A DNA stretch of 64,000 nt, taken from positions 12,096-76,095 of the forward strand of contig JAZSQL010000050.1 in NCBI GenBank assembly GCA_045537965.1, given 5' to 3'. Numbering within the stretch: position 1 is the first letter of the stretch; every line of letters begins with the position of its first letter. This DNA comes from Alphaproteobacteria bacterium (lineage in GTDB: Bacteria; Pseudomonadota; Alphaproteobacteria; RF32; CAG-239). The position numbers and the translations under genes are program-made. Shown here piece by piece: positions 1 through 10,700 of this stretch. The notes under the pieces were generated by a model. It saw nothing but the letters and a program-made list of their open reading frames with translations. It did no database searches and had not been told where the DNA came from.

Positions 1-4
1 TCTA

Positions 5-757
5 ATGTATCGTTTTCAGTTTGGAGCTACAAATCCTACAGCGGTTTTTATTCCTATATTAATAGCAACATCAGTTTCGACACTAGTGGGTTTTTTGATT
101 ACTGCATTTTGGCAAAAAATTAATATATTTAATAAGGTTGTTGGAGCGTATTTATTAGTAGGATGTTTGTTAATTGTTGGATTAACAATAGGTTTCTTAT
201 CCTTTGATATACAAACAAGAACTAACTTCTCTTATATGATAAGCAATATAATTTTATTTAGTTTGATTATGCTTTTTATATGCTGGGGATTGTTAAAAAA
301 GCTTAATGTATATGAGTTATTTATTGAAGGTGCTAAAGATGGATTTAAAATTGCCGTACAAATAATTCCTTATTTAGTAGCAATGCTTGTTGCAATTGGG
401 ATATTTAGAGCATCTGGTGCACTTGATTATATTTGTTCTGCTGTTGCTAGCTTATTTGAAAATTTGGGTTTTGATACTGAGTTTGTACCAGCTTTACCAA
501 CTGCTTTAATGAAACCGTTATCTGGTAGTGGCGCTAGAGCTATGATGCTAGACAGTTTTATGACTTATGGAGTTGACAGTTTTGTAGCGTTTACAACATC
601 TGTTATACAAGGTTCAACCGAAACAACTTTTTATGTCTTAGCAGTATATTTTGGAGCTGTAAAAATTAGCAAAACAGGCGCAGCTCTGCCCATAGCATTA
701 TTAGCCGATTTTGCAGGTATAGTTACAGCAATTGTTATGGCTTATTTATTTTATTGA
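5..757 (+). CDS. SpmA/SpmB-type nucleoside-recognition-domain membrane protein (probably the C-terminal part; frame stays open to the window edge)
   Basis: Polytopic hydrophobic ORF. The stretch [24 protein letters not shown] ... [13 protein letters not shown] ... [19 protein letters not shown] closely matches the spore-maturation SpmB / nucleoside transporter Gate domain. Confidence 0.6.
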   Translation: MYRFQFGATNPTAVFIPILIATSVSTLVGFLITAFWQKINIFNKVVGAYLLVGCLLIVGLTIGFLSFDIQTRTNFSYMISNIILFSLIMLFICWGLLKKLNVYELFIEGAKDGFKIAVQIIPYLVAMLVAIGIFRASGALDYICSAVASLFENLGFDTEFVPALPTALMKPLSGSGARAMMLDSFMTYGVDSFVAFTTSVIQGSTETTFYVLAVYFGAVKISKTGAALPIALLADFAGIVTAIVMAYLFY

Positions 758-764
758 GGAAAAA

Positions 765-1205
765 ATGAAAGTATTAATTCAACGTGTGAGCGAGGCTAAT
801 GTTATTGTTGAAAAAAAAGAAATTGCAGCAATAAAAAAAGGATATTTATTATTAGTTGGAATCGAAAAAGATGATGGCAAAAGTGCTGTGGAATATCTGG
901 CAAAAAAAACTGCAAATTTAAGAATTTTTGAAGATGAAAATGGTAAAATGAATTTATCTATTTTGGATGTTAAGGGGGAAATATTAGCTGTATCACAATT
1001 TACGTTGGCAGGAGATACGTCTTGTGGTAATCGTCCAGGTTTTGAAACAGCTGAAAAACCAGAATTGGCTAAACCTATGTATGAATATTTTGTGCAATGT
1101 CTTATAGATTTGGGAATTGAGACTAAATGTGGCATTTTTCAAGCTGATATGAAAGTTGGTCTTATTAATGATGGTCCTGTAACCTTTATGTTGGAAAGGA
1201 AATAA
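765..1205 (+). CDS. dtd: D-aminoacyl-tRNA deacylase
   Basis: ATG at 765 with GAGGA 5 nt upstream. MKVLIQRV N-terminus, [14 protein letters not shown] and NDGPVT motifs. 146 aa, the typical length. Confidence 0.85.
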   Translation: MKVLIQRVSEANVIVEKKEIAAIKKGYLLLVGIEKDDGKSAVEYLAKKTANLRIFEDENGKMNLSILDVKGEILAVSQFTLAGDTSCGNRPGFETAEKPELAKPMYEYFVQCLIDLGIETKCGIFQADMKVGLINDGPVTFMLERK

Positions 1206-1207
1206 AG

Positions 1208-1966
1208 ATGGAACATGAAGAAATAAAAAAACAAACTCGCGTCATTCTTAATGAACTTATTGAATATCCTTTTTCACAAATTTTTGATATATCACCAGCA
1301 GAGCAAAAACTTAAAGAATTATATCAAATATCACCAACAGCACTTGAACCTCTTATTGGTCTTATGCTCGCAAATATTATGCTTGGAAAAAGAGATATTG
1401 CTGAAGGGTTAGCAGATAAAATTTGGAGTATTGGTGGTAATTTGTCTCCTTTTTTTGAGCTTATTTATACTGACAATTTATTAAATATTGGAGAAATTGA
1501 ACGTGCTGGTATATTATTGAAAGAGAGGCTTGCCCATATTAGTGATAATATTAAGCATTTTTATACTGTTATGATAAAATATGCTTTGTTATCAGGTAAT
1601 TTGGCTCTGGTTAAACAAATCGGAGGATATCCAGATGTTTACGATAAAGAGCCTATATTATTTGATTTTGCTGAGCGTCATTGTAGAGATTTATCAATTA
1701 AAGATTATCGAGCAATATTAAAAATATTACGAGATAATCTTGATCGTAAAATTTGTGCTTTTGAATATTTAATGTATAGCGAAGGTTCGTTAGAATTTGT
1801 CTTGTATACCTCTGACGATGTAGAACAAAATGAGACAAGTAAAAAAATTTTGACGGAAAAAATAAATGGTTATTTTATGACAATGCAACAACCTTCGATG
1901 GATGATTTAACTATCAACTTAAAAAATATTAAATTACATCCTTCATGGATGGGAAAAAAAGATTAG
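1208..1966 (+). CDS. hypothetical protein (252 aa)
   Basis: Clean ORF starting 3 nt after the dtd stop. No family recognised. Confidence 0.5.
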   Translation: MEHEEIKKQTRVILNELIEYPFSQIFDISPAEQKLKELYQISPTALEPLIGLMLANIMLGKRDIAEGLADKIWSIGGNLSPFFELIYTDNLLNIGEIERAGILLKERLAHISDNIKHFYTVMIKYALLSGNLALVKQIGGYPDVYDKEPILFDFAERHCRDLSIKDYRAILKILRDNLDRKICAFEYLMYSEGSLEFVLYTSDDVEQNETSKKILTEKINGYFMTMQQPSMDDLTINLKNIKLHPSWMGKKD

Positions 1967-2976
1967 TTAGGAGTTATAATTGATCCACTAATATCAACGA
2001 GATCTTTATTTTTTATATGTGGTAACAACTTTGATATTCCTGTAGATATCATGGTTTTGGTCAGATCTGTTGCAACATCTTGAGCATTATCTGTTGTATT
2101 AAATAGCACAAAACGATTTTGGTGTTCTGTTATAGTCTTTGATGATGCTGTATCTGTAAGTTCTAAAGCAACAACAATTTGCAATCGTCCAGTTTCCGAG
2201 TTGATATTGTCTATTTTTGCTTTTAACACCTTAGCTTTTAAGATGTAATCAGGATTGTTAAGTTTGGCTATTGCTTTAACACCTTCTTTTTTTAGCAATT
2301 CTTGTTCTATATGACTGAAAAAACCATTAGTCGATGTATTATTGTAAAATTCTGTTTTATCGATAAATACTGACGTTTTATTGTCTTTTTGAGGTAAAGA
2401 AATATTTTCTTGCTTGGTGGTATTTGCAGTAACATTATGCTCAGACAAACTGCTTGCTTCTTCATAAGCAATTTGTTTATTAATTGTGATATCTGGTTTT
2501 GGAGGTATTGTTATGCCAATTTTATCATCGATTGCATCTTCCTCAATATCTAAAAACACCTCATCTTGAAGCTCTGGTATTGGGTCAATAATTTTATCTT
2601 CTTCAGAAAAAACTTCTTTAATAGATGATGGTTGTAAATATGCACTTACTTCGACACATACTTGTTTATCATCCTGATTGATAACATTAATTTTTACATC
2701 ATCAATATAATTATCAACCAATCGATATACCTTCAAATTAAAATTATGAGTATCTAAAATAGAACGATATCTGCTTAATTCGGGAATTTCTTCAACAGCT
2801 TTGAATGATGCTTTATCTGAAGCTCTGACCCTAGCTGACGATTTGCTTTCGCCATTGATTATTTTTTCACAAGTTGTAGCAAATATTGATATTTCACCAT
2901 AATTATCAACTTGTTGAGCCTGTGATGTTGAGCAGAACAGTATCGCAATTGTTAAGGATATTCCTAGAGCTTTCAT
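1963..2976 (-). CDS. secreted hypothetical protein (signal peptide ending SQAQQ)
   Basis: ATG at 2976 shares one base with the upstream gene stop (TAATG coupling). Hydrophobic leader MKALGISLTIAILFCSTSQA. The C-terminal third has alternating beta/alpha character like small periplasmic lipoprotein folds. Confidence 0.55.
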   Translation of the reverse strand: MKALGISLTIAILFCSTSQAQQVDNYGEISIFATTCEKIINGESKSSARVRASDKASFKAVEEIPELSRYRSILDTHNFNLKVYRLVDNYIDDVKINVINQDDKQVCVEVSAYLQPSSIKEVFSEEDKIIDPIPELQDEVFLDIEEDAIDDKIGITIPPKPDITINKQIAYEEASSLSEHNVTANTTKQENISLPQKDNKTSVFIDKTEFYNNTSTNGFFSHIEQELLKKEGVKAIAKLNNPDYILKAKVLKAKIDNINSETGRLQIVVALELTDTASSKTITEHQNRFVLFNTTDNAQDVATDLTKTMISTGISKLLPHIKNKDLVDISGSIITPN

Positions 2977-3701
2977 TACCACCAACTTCCATCATCATTT
3001 TGAACTTGGCGAATTGAATCTTTCCAACTTCCATGAAGCTTACCATCTTTATCATACAATTTTATTTCATATACAAAAATAGGAACCTCTGGTGTGTTTA
3101 CATTGTTAAGTGAACTACTTAAAACAAATTTAGCATTTTCCTTATTATCAACAATATTAAACATTTGAGAACCGTGCAAAATATCTTTAACTGTTTTAGC
3201 TGCAACATCAGGCGATGTTGGCATATAACGATCTATGTAAACCGTATCATCAATAAATAGAGGAGCTTGTTTGTTTTCAGCAAAAATGGCTGGAGCATCT
3301 ACTAACATTTTGTTAACAGTTCTTGTTGCAACTATAGCATAAACTTGAGGTGTTACAACATAATCAGCCATTTCATAACGCTCTCCTTTTTTTGCTAAAT
3401 TATATGGTTTAGTAGCCGTAGGAGATTCGGTAATTATTGTTTCTTGGACTTTTATTTCATCTGAAATATCATTTTCATTAACTTCAACATATTTGACTTC
3501 TGGTGTAGCATTTTTTTGCTTAGTTATGGGCTGTTCATGCTGATTTTCTGCATATCCAACACCAACTATTCTACTAACAGGTGCTTCTGGTTGCTCCCAA
3601 ACAAACATGTCAGCTAAAGTGGCATTACGTTTACCCGTTTTACCGCCTACACAAGCAGAAAGAAATAAAATACAAAGTATTGAAACAAGCTGATTTTTCA
3701 T
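2976..3701 (-). CDS. lipoprotein, LpoB-like (COG3417-type) C-terminal domain
   Basis: Lipobox LFLSAC. C-terminal segments TVNKMLVDAP...APLFIDDTV, AKTVKDILHGSQMFNIVD and AKFVLSSSLNNVN...IKLYDKDGKLHGSW line up by eye with E. coli LpoB (LVGKML...LLVDSV, TETLRNALANNGKFTLVS, AHYVLYSS...LVQTGEIIWSG). Confidence 0.4.
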   Translation of the reverse strand: MKNQLVSILCILFLSACVGGKTGKRNATLADMFVWEQPEAPVSRIVGVGYAENQHEQPITKQKNATPEVKYVEVNENDISDEIKVQETIITESPTATKPYNLAKKGERYEMADYVVTPQVYAIVATRTVNKMLVDAPAIFAENKQAPLFIDDTVYIDRYMPTSPDVAAKTVKDILHGSQMFNIVDNKENAKFVLSSSLNNVNTPEVPIFVYEIKLYDKDGKLHGSWKDSIRQVQNDDGSWW

Positions 3702-3850
3702 GCCCAGAAAACTCCCAAATATAACAACTAGTTACAATATAAATGCTTTGTCATAAAATTAAAATTATATTTTTTACTTATTCACTATTTGCTTTTTATT
3801 TTTGTTTAGGCTAAGCTTAAGGCAGATTTAAATTTTGTGATTGATATAAA

Positions 3851-4294
3851 ATGATGACGATTAGTTTTACAGCAATTCTATTGGGGCTTGCAGCTCTAAT
3901 ATATCCTTTAAGATATAATAAATTTTATTTGCTTAATGCAGCAATGATTATTGGTGCTGCATATTTTTTTGAAAATAATTATTTTAGAATAAGTAATATA
4001 TTTACCTATAGAACACTGTTATTATTCTTGATGTTTTGGCTTGGCGGAATAAATTTAACAACATTTATTGCTTATGGAGTAGATAAAAGAGCCGCAAAGA
4101 AAAAAGCTTGGCGGGTACCTGAAAAAGATTTGCATTTATTAGAATTTTTAGGTGGTTGGATTGGTGCATGGATTGCTCAAAAAATATTTAGACATAAAAC
4201 ATCTAAAAAAAGCTATCAAAATGTATATAAATTGATGATTATTTTGGAGATTATAGCAATTTATGGTTTATTAAAGTTTTTTGGTTATTTCTGA
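3851..4294 (+). CDS. DUF1294-family membrane protein
   Basis: YGVDKRAAKKKAWRVPEKDLHLLEFLGGWIGAWIAQKIFRHKTSKKSY is the DUF1294 signature. Flanked by TM helices. Confidence 0.7.
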   Translation: MMTISFTAILLGLAALIYPLRYNKFYLLNAAMIIGAAYFFENNYFRISNIFTYRTLLLFLMFWLGGINLTTFIAYGVDKRAAKKKAWRVPEKDLHLLEFLGGWIGAWIAQKIFRHKTSKKSYQNVYKLMIILEIIAIYGLLKFFGYF

Positions 4295-4833
4295 AAGCGT
4301 TGTCTTTTTAATAGTATATAAAAAGCTCCACTACCACCATCTTCTTGCTTAGCTTGAGCTACGCTTAAAACCATTGGACGAATGTCTGGATGGTTGAGCC
4401 ATCTAGGCAAAGCTTCTTTAATAACTCCTTTAACTTCATACCACGGATCTTCTTCTTTTTTTATTCCTTTTCCTGTTATAATTAGCAAGCACCGCATTCC
4501 TTTAATATAGCAAGAGGTTAAAAAATCTTGCACTATTTCAAAGGCTTCTTTTTCTCGATAGCCATGTAAATCCAATTTTGCATCGATTTTAAATTGTCCT
4601 TTCAAAAATCGTGTAGCAGTATTTTTGTCAATGTTGTTTGTATTACCAACTTCAAGATTATTGAATGAATTATGATTATAAAATCCTTCTCCACATAAAG
4701 ATGGTTCAATCTCTTTAATAATTAATGGTGGTGTTGGAAGTTCATCAGGACGTTTTAGTTGCTTTATTTCAGATATTTCTTCAAACCAAGAATCTAAATC
4801 ATTAGGAGTATTACATTCAGGCAACTTTTTCAT
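4285..4833 (-). CDS. Smr-domain protein (MutS2-related endonuclease domain)
   Basis: The C-terminal domain carries LDLHGY and IITGKG motifs, which define the Smr domain. Sits next to mltA, as in many alphaproteobacteria. Confidence 0.75.
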   Translation of the reverse strand: MKKLPECNTPNDLDSWFEEISEIKQLKRPDELPTPPLIIKEIEPSLCGEGFYNHNSFNNLEVGNTNNIDKNTATRFLKGQFKIDAKLDLHGYREKEAFEIVQDFLTSCYIKGMRCLLIITGKGIKKEEDPWYEVKGVIKEALPRWLNHPDIRPMVLSVAQAKQEDGGSGAFYILLKRQRFQK

Positions 4834-5320
4834 TATCAGCCTCTATTTCAGTGTCTGATTTATCCTTTTTTTCAGTCATATAATCAGCAAAATGCAATAT
4901 AACAAACTCTTTCCAGTTTCCATCAGGAGCTATACATCCTTGTTTTTTGTCGTCAGCATTAACGAGAACTATACCGCCAAACTCCCAAAGTTGATTACAC
5001 GAATTATAGTCAGATGTAAAAAAGTTTTTGGCTCTTTCATATAAACGTTGTTCCATTTTTTTCTTTACAAGATTAGATGATAATATTATGCCTCCAACCA
5101 TAACAGCTAAACCCAACAAAACACCAACTAATCCTATTAATATAAGTCCAAATAAAACAGGAGTCAAAATAGGCCAAAGCATTTCCCATGGATTGTAAAC
5201 AGGAGAGCCTGGTATATTAATTTTGGAATTAATCAAACAAATTTGCAGTTTATTGCCTTCAATAGCTTTTTGCATAGCTTTAAAAACTAAACTATCGGCT
5301 TTACTAATACGCTTTGCCAT
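4817..5320 (-). CDS. hypothetical membrane protein (167 aa)
   Basis: ORF overlaps both neighbours by 17 nt. Central glycine-rich TM hairpin LFGLILIGLVGVLLGLAVMVGGIIL. No family recognised. Confidence 0.45.
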   Translation of the reverse strand: MAKRISKADSLVFKAMQKAIEGNKLQICLINSKINIPGSPVYNPWEMLWPILTPVLFGLILIGLVGVLLGLAVMVGGIILSSNLVKKKMEQRLYERAKNFFTSDYNSCNQLWEFGGIVLVNADDKKQGCIAPDGNWKEFVILHFADYMTEKKDKSDTEIEADNEKVA

Positions 5321-6455
5321 TCATATTCTCCACTTTGTTTGGAATTAATATAAAATATTGCCCTTTAGAATTCATTTTACCAGCTTCCTCTAAAACATCA
5401 TCTCCACCAGATCCCCAAAAATAATCACCTCGTATAGCCCCCTTAATTGCTGAACCAATATCTTGTGCTAATACAAGTTTATTCATTTCTGTTCCGTCTG
5501 GCTTATATGTTTCGAGCCAAAGCAAAGCTCCTAAAGGAACAAAAGTCTTATCAACGGCTAAAGATCGTCCTGATGTCAAAGGAACGCCTAGTGCCCCCAT
5601 AGGACCTTCAGGGTTACCTAAACGATGAAAAATATAGCGTTCATTTTCATTCATATTAACTTCAGCCAAAACGGGGTTTTCTTTGAGCCACTTTTTAATA
5701 TTTCCCATTGATGCCTGTCCTGGCTTTACTAGCCCTTTTTGCAACAAAATTGAACCAATACCTTTAAATTGTCGTCCATTGCTTTCTGCAAATGAAATTC
5801 TAAGTTGACTTCCGTCAGGAAGATGAGCTACAGCCGAACCTTGAATCTGCATAATATATATATCAATATAACTATCAGACCAAAGTATAATAGGTGCTTT
5901 TATCCCATTTTTAAAAATATGTTCACGAGAATAATATGGTACAAGTTTACCATTTTCTATTCTGCCTAATATTTTTTTATTTGGTAATGTTTGGTCAAAA
6001 TCGAGCAAATTTACTTCTACTAGATCATAGGGAATACCATATATTGGATATTTATATTTTTCATCTCGCTGATAAGAAGCATTTAATTGTGCTTCATAAT
6101 ATGCGGTAAACTTGCCTTCAGATTTTCCTTTATAAAGCACTTGGTATGGCGTGAAGTTATTCTTAATAAAGTCTTTGAATTTTGCAGGTATAATACCTTT
6201 AGATTTTTGACAAATAGTTAAATAATCTTTTCGATTTATTTTAATTTCAGCATTTCCAATAAACTCACCTGTTTGTTTGGATATTGCATCACAACTTTTG
6301 GCAAAAGCATTGTATGCAGCTAACATATCATCATCTTCAAATCCTGATAAATCTGAAAATTTAACTTTTTTTAGTACAACATCTTTTTCTTGGTATTCAC
6401 TAGAACATCCAAATAAAAAAAGTAATAAAATTAAGGCTAAAACAAATTTATGCAT
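5304..6455 (-). CDS. mltA: membrane-bound lytic murein transglycosylase A (lipoprotein)
   Basis: Lipobox LLFLFGCS. MltA-specific region (YYEAQLNAS..., ILGRIENGKLVPYYSREHI) and a C-terminal 3D domain (GRSLAVD...FVPLGALLWLE..., AQDIGSAIKGAIRGDYFWGSG). Confidence 0.85.
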   Translation of the reverse strand: MHKFVLALILLLFLFGCSSEYQEKDVVLKKVKFSDLSGFEDDDMLAAYNAFAKSCDAISKQTGEFIGNAEIKINRKDYLTICQKSKGIIPAKFKDFIKNNFTPYQVLYKGKSEGKFTAYYEAQLNASYQRDEKYKYPIYGIPYDLVEVNLLDFDQTLPNKKILGRIENGKLVPYYSREHIFKNGIKAPIILWSDSYIDIYIMQIQGSAVAHLPDGSQLRISFAESNGRQFKGIGSILLQKGLVKPGQASMGNIKKWLKENPVLAEVNMNENERYIFHRLGNPEGPMGALGVPLTSGRSLAVDKTFVPLGALLWLETYKPDGTEMNKLVLAQDIGSAIKGAIRGDYFWGSGGDDVLEEAGKMNSKGQYFILIPNKVENMNGKAY

Positions 6456-7120
6456 TATTTTTTAGTTGATACCAACACCCAGTTTAAAGTTTTTGCATCC
6501 AGGGCTCTTTCAAATGTCCAAACATCTGTAATTGTCTGAATATAATTTTCATCTCCTTCGATAATTTTATTATCTTTATCACGCAATACATTAACTTGTT
6601 CACTAACAAATTCAACACTAATTAACGCATTGTTTTTGCTATCCACTTTTGCCTTGATAATATCTGCTTTATCAAAACAAATAAAATCTGTTTCGGCTGC
6701 AATAGCTTCATCTTGACGTTGTTTGATCACAGTTTGCATTTTTTTTAATATTGATGGACTTACAAGCATTTTCAAAGTTTCTGTATCTGCTTTATTAAAT
6801 GCTTCAGTAATAACTTGGAACGCTTTTTTGGCACCTGTTATAAAATTTGCCTTATTAAAATTAGGAATTGAAACAAGAACAGCGTCTATTTCGTTAAGAG
6901 GCTTAGAATCGACAGGAACTAATTCTTCAGCATTTTGAGCTGCTTCTTTAAGCTCTTTTTCGGCCTCATTTTTAAGCAAATTATATAGTTTTTCAGCGCC
7001 TTCACGACTTAGTTTCACTTTTTTAGTTTCAACCTCTGGACGAGTACCTAGAGCACGCCACAAGCGTTGAAAAATAAGAACTACCACAATTAAAAGAACG
7101 ATAATATCTAAGTTTATCAT
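6455..7120 (-). CDS. Tim44-like domain protein
   Basis: N-terminal TM anchor plus a C-terminal NTF2-like Tim44 domain (FITGAKKAFQVITEAF...WTFER...NWVLVS). The conserved alphaproteobacterial neighbour of secB. Confidence 0.7.
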   Translation of the reverse strand: MINLDIIVLLIVVVLIFQRLWRALGTRPEVETKKVKLSREGAEKLYNLLKNEAEKELKEAAQNAEELVPVDSKPLNEIDAVLVSIPNFNKANFITGAKKAFQVITEAFNKADTETLKMLVSPSILKKMQTVIKQRQDEAIAAETDFICFDKADIIKAKVDSKNNALISVEFVSEQVNVLRDKDNKIIEGDENYIQTITDVWTFERALDAKTLNWVLVSTKK

Positions 7121-7259
7121 TTGTTTTTTATCTCCCGTATATGTTTTTATAATATAACTGCGTCATAAACTTTTATCAACCTTTTATTATCATTTGACCT
7201 AAACAAATTTTAATTGTAGATTGTTTAGCAAAATCATAATCTGTTTAAGGAGATATTTT

Positions 7260-7706
7260 ATGGAAAACAAACAGCCAGCTATTTTGATTCAAAACCAATA
7301 TATCAAAGATCTTTCTATGGAGATTCCTCATGCTCCTGTGATATTTAAAAAATTATCAAAAACCAATCCTCAAATTAATGTTGAGGTTAATGTAGAAGCA
7401 CAAAAACTTGAAGAAGATAACATTTTTAATGCATCGCTTAGCGTTAAAATTAATGGTGATATAGAAGGCGAAAAAGCTTTTATTTTAGAATTAGTTTATG
7501 GAGCAGTTGTTAGCTTAAATATCCCTGTGGAACATCAAGAAGCTGTATTGTTGGTAGAATTACCACATATGCTCTTTCCATTTGCAAGACAAATCGTAGC
7601 AAACACAATGAGCAATGCGGGGTTGCCTCCACTAATGCTTAACCCTATAGATTTTATGGCAATGTATAATGCTAAAAAAGCTCAAGCAACAGCACCTAAA
7701 CAATAG
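7260..7706 (+). CDS. secB: protein-export chaperone SecB
   Basis: ATG at 7260 after AAGGAGA. IQNQYIKDLSMEIPHAP and LLVELPHMLFPFARQIVANTMSNAGLPPLMLNPIDF match SecB. Confidence 0.85.
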   Translation: MENKQPAILIQNQYIKDLSMEIPHAPVIFKKLSKTNPQINVEVNVEAQKLEEDNIFNASLSVKINGDIEGEKAFILELVYGAVVSLNIPVEHQEAVLLVELPHMLFPFARQIVANTMSNAGLPPLMLNPIDFMAMYNAKKAQATAPKQ

Positions 7707-7725
7707 TCTTACAAATAATCCCAAT

Positions 7726-7756
7726 AAAAAGAGCGTTTTTTAAACGCTCTTTTTTG
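7726..7756. terminator. bidirectional rho-independent terminator between secB and the giant ORF
   Basis: AAAAGAGCGTTT / AAACGCTCTTTT stem flanked by an A-run and a T-run. Confidence 0.7.
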
Positions 7757-7776
7757 TACATTTAGTAAAGCTGTTA

Positions 7777-10700
7777 TCATCTAGCGTTAGTACTGTTTTG
7801 CATTACAGGCTGATGATTTCTATATGTTTCAATAGCTTGCTTCACTTTTGTTGTAAATGGTGTATCCAGCTTAACTTCTCCTACTTCAACACCATTGTTG
7901 ACCAGTTTATCGTAACTAATATTTTGTACCTGTGAACATGTTTGCGTGTCAAGCAACACTAATTTGCCATTCATAGTAGCCATAGATGTATTGTTGGTAC
8001 TATTATAACTTACAACAAGTTCCTTGCTATCTTTAGTTGTAATGGTGACTTTATAAATACCATCGTTTGAATCTGTGAATGTAGTTGTTGCATCATCCAT
8101 ATTCAGATGAGTTAGGTCTGGAGCAGAACCTCTTGTAGCACCATCAACGCCATTTATCTGCAAAATATATCTACCACCTTTCTTACCTATGCATACAAAT
8201 TCTCCTTTGCTTTTAATTTCCTCTAATTTTGTAGAAGTAAATGTAGCAGGATTAGGGTCAACAGGCATTGTAGAATCAGATACTACTGGACCTTCTTGTC
8301 TGTCAGCGATATTTTCTATTCTTCGTCCAACTCTTTCATGCCCCTCAGGCACGTTTTCATACACATTATCATTCTCCACAGAAGAATAATAATCTCCTAA
8401 CGTACTCGATTCTGAAAGCTTTTTAGACATCAATATGCTTGATTCATTATCTAGTATCACTTCTTTTCCACCAATCAAGAAATGTCCTGTACGTACCCCT
8501 TCTTCACTAGCATTATCAAGTACAACAGATACTGTTTTACCTTTTTCAAACTCATAAACTATCGTTGTAACCCCGTCATCAGCAATCGTTACTGATGTAG
8601 GCTCTGTTAAATTGTTAATAATATTTTTTATATCATGAGTTGCATGATACACGAGTTCAAAATCGCCTGTAATTGTTTCGTTATTAATTGTTATTTCGTT
8701 ATCTCGAAGACCTGTTGTAAAATTTACTTTATCACCATACATAACTTCAGCACCTTCTAGGCTATCTAAATCAACTTGAATATTATTACGTTGACTTGAA
8801 TAGGTTGAAGTTAATTCTGCATAAGGATCTTCAAAATCAACGTTGTAATTTTTTACACCTTGAAGGTCAATATCTGTACCATTTGTTTGTTCTGGTGTGG
8901 AATTTTGACAAAGCTCCAATTTAGAAGTTGGACCGACCCAAGTTTGCAATGGCCTATCGGTAATTAATCTGCCTATATGACCAGGATTTGTAGCATATAA
9001 ACTAGCTTGTGCGGTTAGCGTATTTTTTAGGTTATCAAGATTCTCACCACATAGGATATCTTGAAGTATATCCTTATTTCCAGTATATCGTGCTCGCATC
9101 ATAGCAAGAAAAATAGCTTGTTCTTTAGACATTCCATCAGGCAAATAATTAGCACCTTCTAAATTTGTCCTCATTGTTGCTACAGCATCTTCAAAACTTA
9201 CGGGATTACCTTCTGCATCCTTAAAATCAAAGTTTATATTTCCTTTTTTATTAATATTGTTAACCAAACTAGCATAAGTGCTTTCTGATGGTTTATGTTC
9301 AGTATTTAATCCTTCGTATCTAACATAATTACGACCTTGTGCATCTTGCATATACGTTGCTGTTATACCATTTTTGGTTTCAGGCTCTTTCCAAACAGTC
9401 ATACCTGTTGCATCATCTCTATATGGCTGAAATACATTTGTTGCATGAGGTTCTATATTACCATTTATTTGAGCATCAGAAGCTAATTTGATACCACCAT
9501 CTCCATTTTGGGCAATAACTTTACCACCTACTAGATATTCTCCAGTTGCTGCGTTGTATTGAACAAAAATCGGTCGTCCAGCTTCATCTACAGCAAGAAC
9601 AGTCTGAACACCATTTTCACCAGTGACAATTTTAGCTTGTATCTCACTAGCTTTATTCATTTGATAAGTATCAGAAGCTAATTTGATACCACCATCTCCA
9701 TTTTGGGCAATAACTTTACCACCTACTAGATATTCTCCTGTTTCTGCGTTGTATTGAACAAAAATCGGTCGTCCAGCTTCATCTACAGCAAGAACAGTCT
9801 GAACACCATTTTCACCAGTGACAATTTTAGCTTGTATCTTACTAGCTTCACTTACAATTCGCTCATTATTTTTTACGGAATCATGGAGGGTAAGAGTTTT
9901 TTCTTCATTAATATCATTCAAAATCTGATTTTCTGAACCTGATGTTCTTACTTGTAAATTTTCTTTAAAATCTCCGATAGCTTCTTTAATATCAGTATAC
10001 GTACGTGATATTACACCATTATTTTGAAAATCATATTTTATACCATCACCAATAACTGCACCTACGCCTACAGCGGCAAAAGCTATTGCATCTTGTTTTA
10101 CATATCTTTCATCTGCTTGTAAGTTTTGTAGTTTTTGAACAGAAATACCATTTTTCTCAATATCTTTTTTTGCAGATTTGCGATTAAATAAACTTCTGAA
10201 AAATAGCCCACCTTTACTTGTTGCCATTGTTCCTTGACGTGCAAATGTCCCTAACCAAGTACCTGCACCTAAAATAGCAGACATGCCACCTGATAAACCA
10301 CCAATTACAAGTCCTTCAGCAGTACGCCATTTGGCTCTTTTGGTAAAATCTTTTTCATCATATTTAGCTTTTTTAGCTCTAGTCCAGTTTTCTTTTATAT
10401 ATTTATATCTATCTTTTAAACTTTTTATATTTTTATTACGTGCTTCTTGATCCAAGGCATCTTTAATAGGCATTATCCAAGCATTAACCGTTGTCCAACC
10501 AGCATAAATAGCAGCACCTGTAGCAATAGCTAAGCCTGAAGGACTTGCCATCAAAGCAGCTGCTCCGCCAAACATTACAAGATTGTTTAATATTTTTTTA
10601 AAACCACCTTTTCTAGCAACATTATCCCATGCTGCTGCCCCAGCTTTTTTGACTTTATCCAAAAATGTTAACTTATTAATATCTGTTTTAGATTTTATGA

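Noticed and set aside
779-1135. 118-aa minus-strand ORF overlapping dtd. The same applies to other antisense ORFs in the track (6277-6465, 6723-6938, 14917-15132, 20741-21681, 24606-24806, 25900-26145, 26473-26751, 27290-27514, 28637-29206, 30624-30970, 31422-31634, 33185-33388, 34176-34490, 34908-35267, 36787-36990, 37698-37934, 39088-39482, 43143-43346, 45269-45463, 47466-47696, 48345-48590, 49270-49784, 50564-50794, 51694-52177, 52532-52804, 53655-53930, 55702-56118, 59411-59671, 62247-62813).
   Set aside because: Each lies entirely within, and antisense or out of frame to, a longer ORF with recognisable family motifs. Long spurious ORFs are expected opposite genes.
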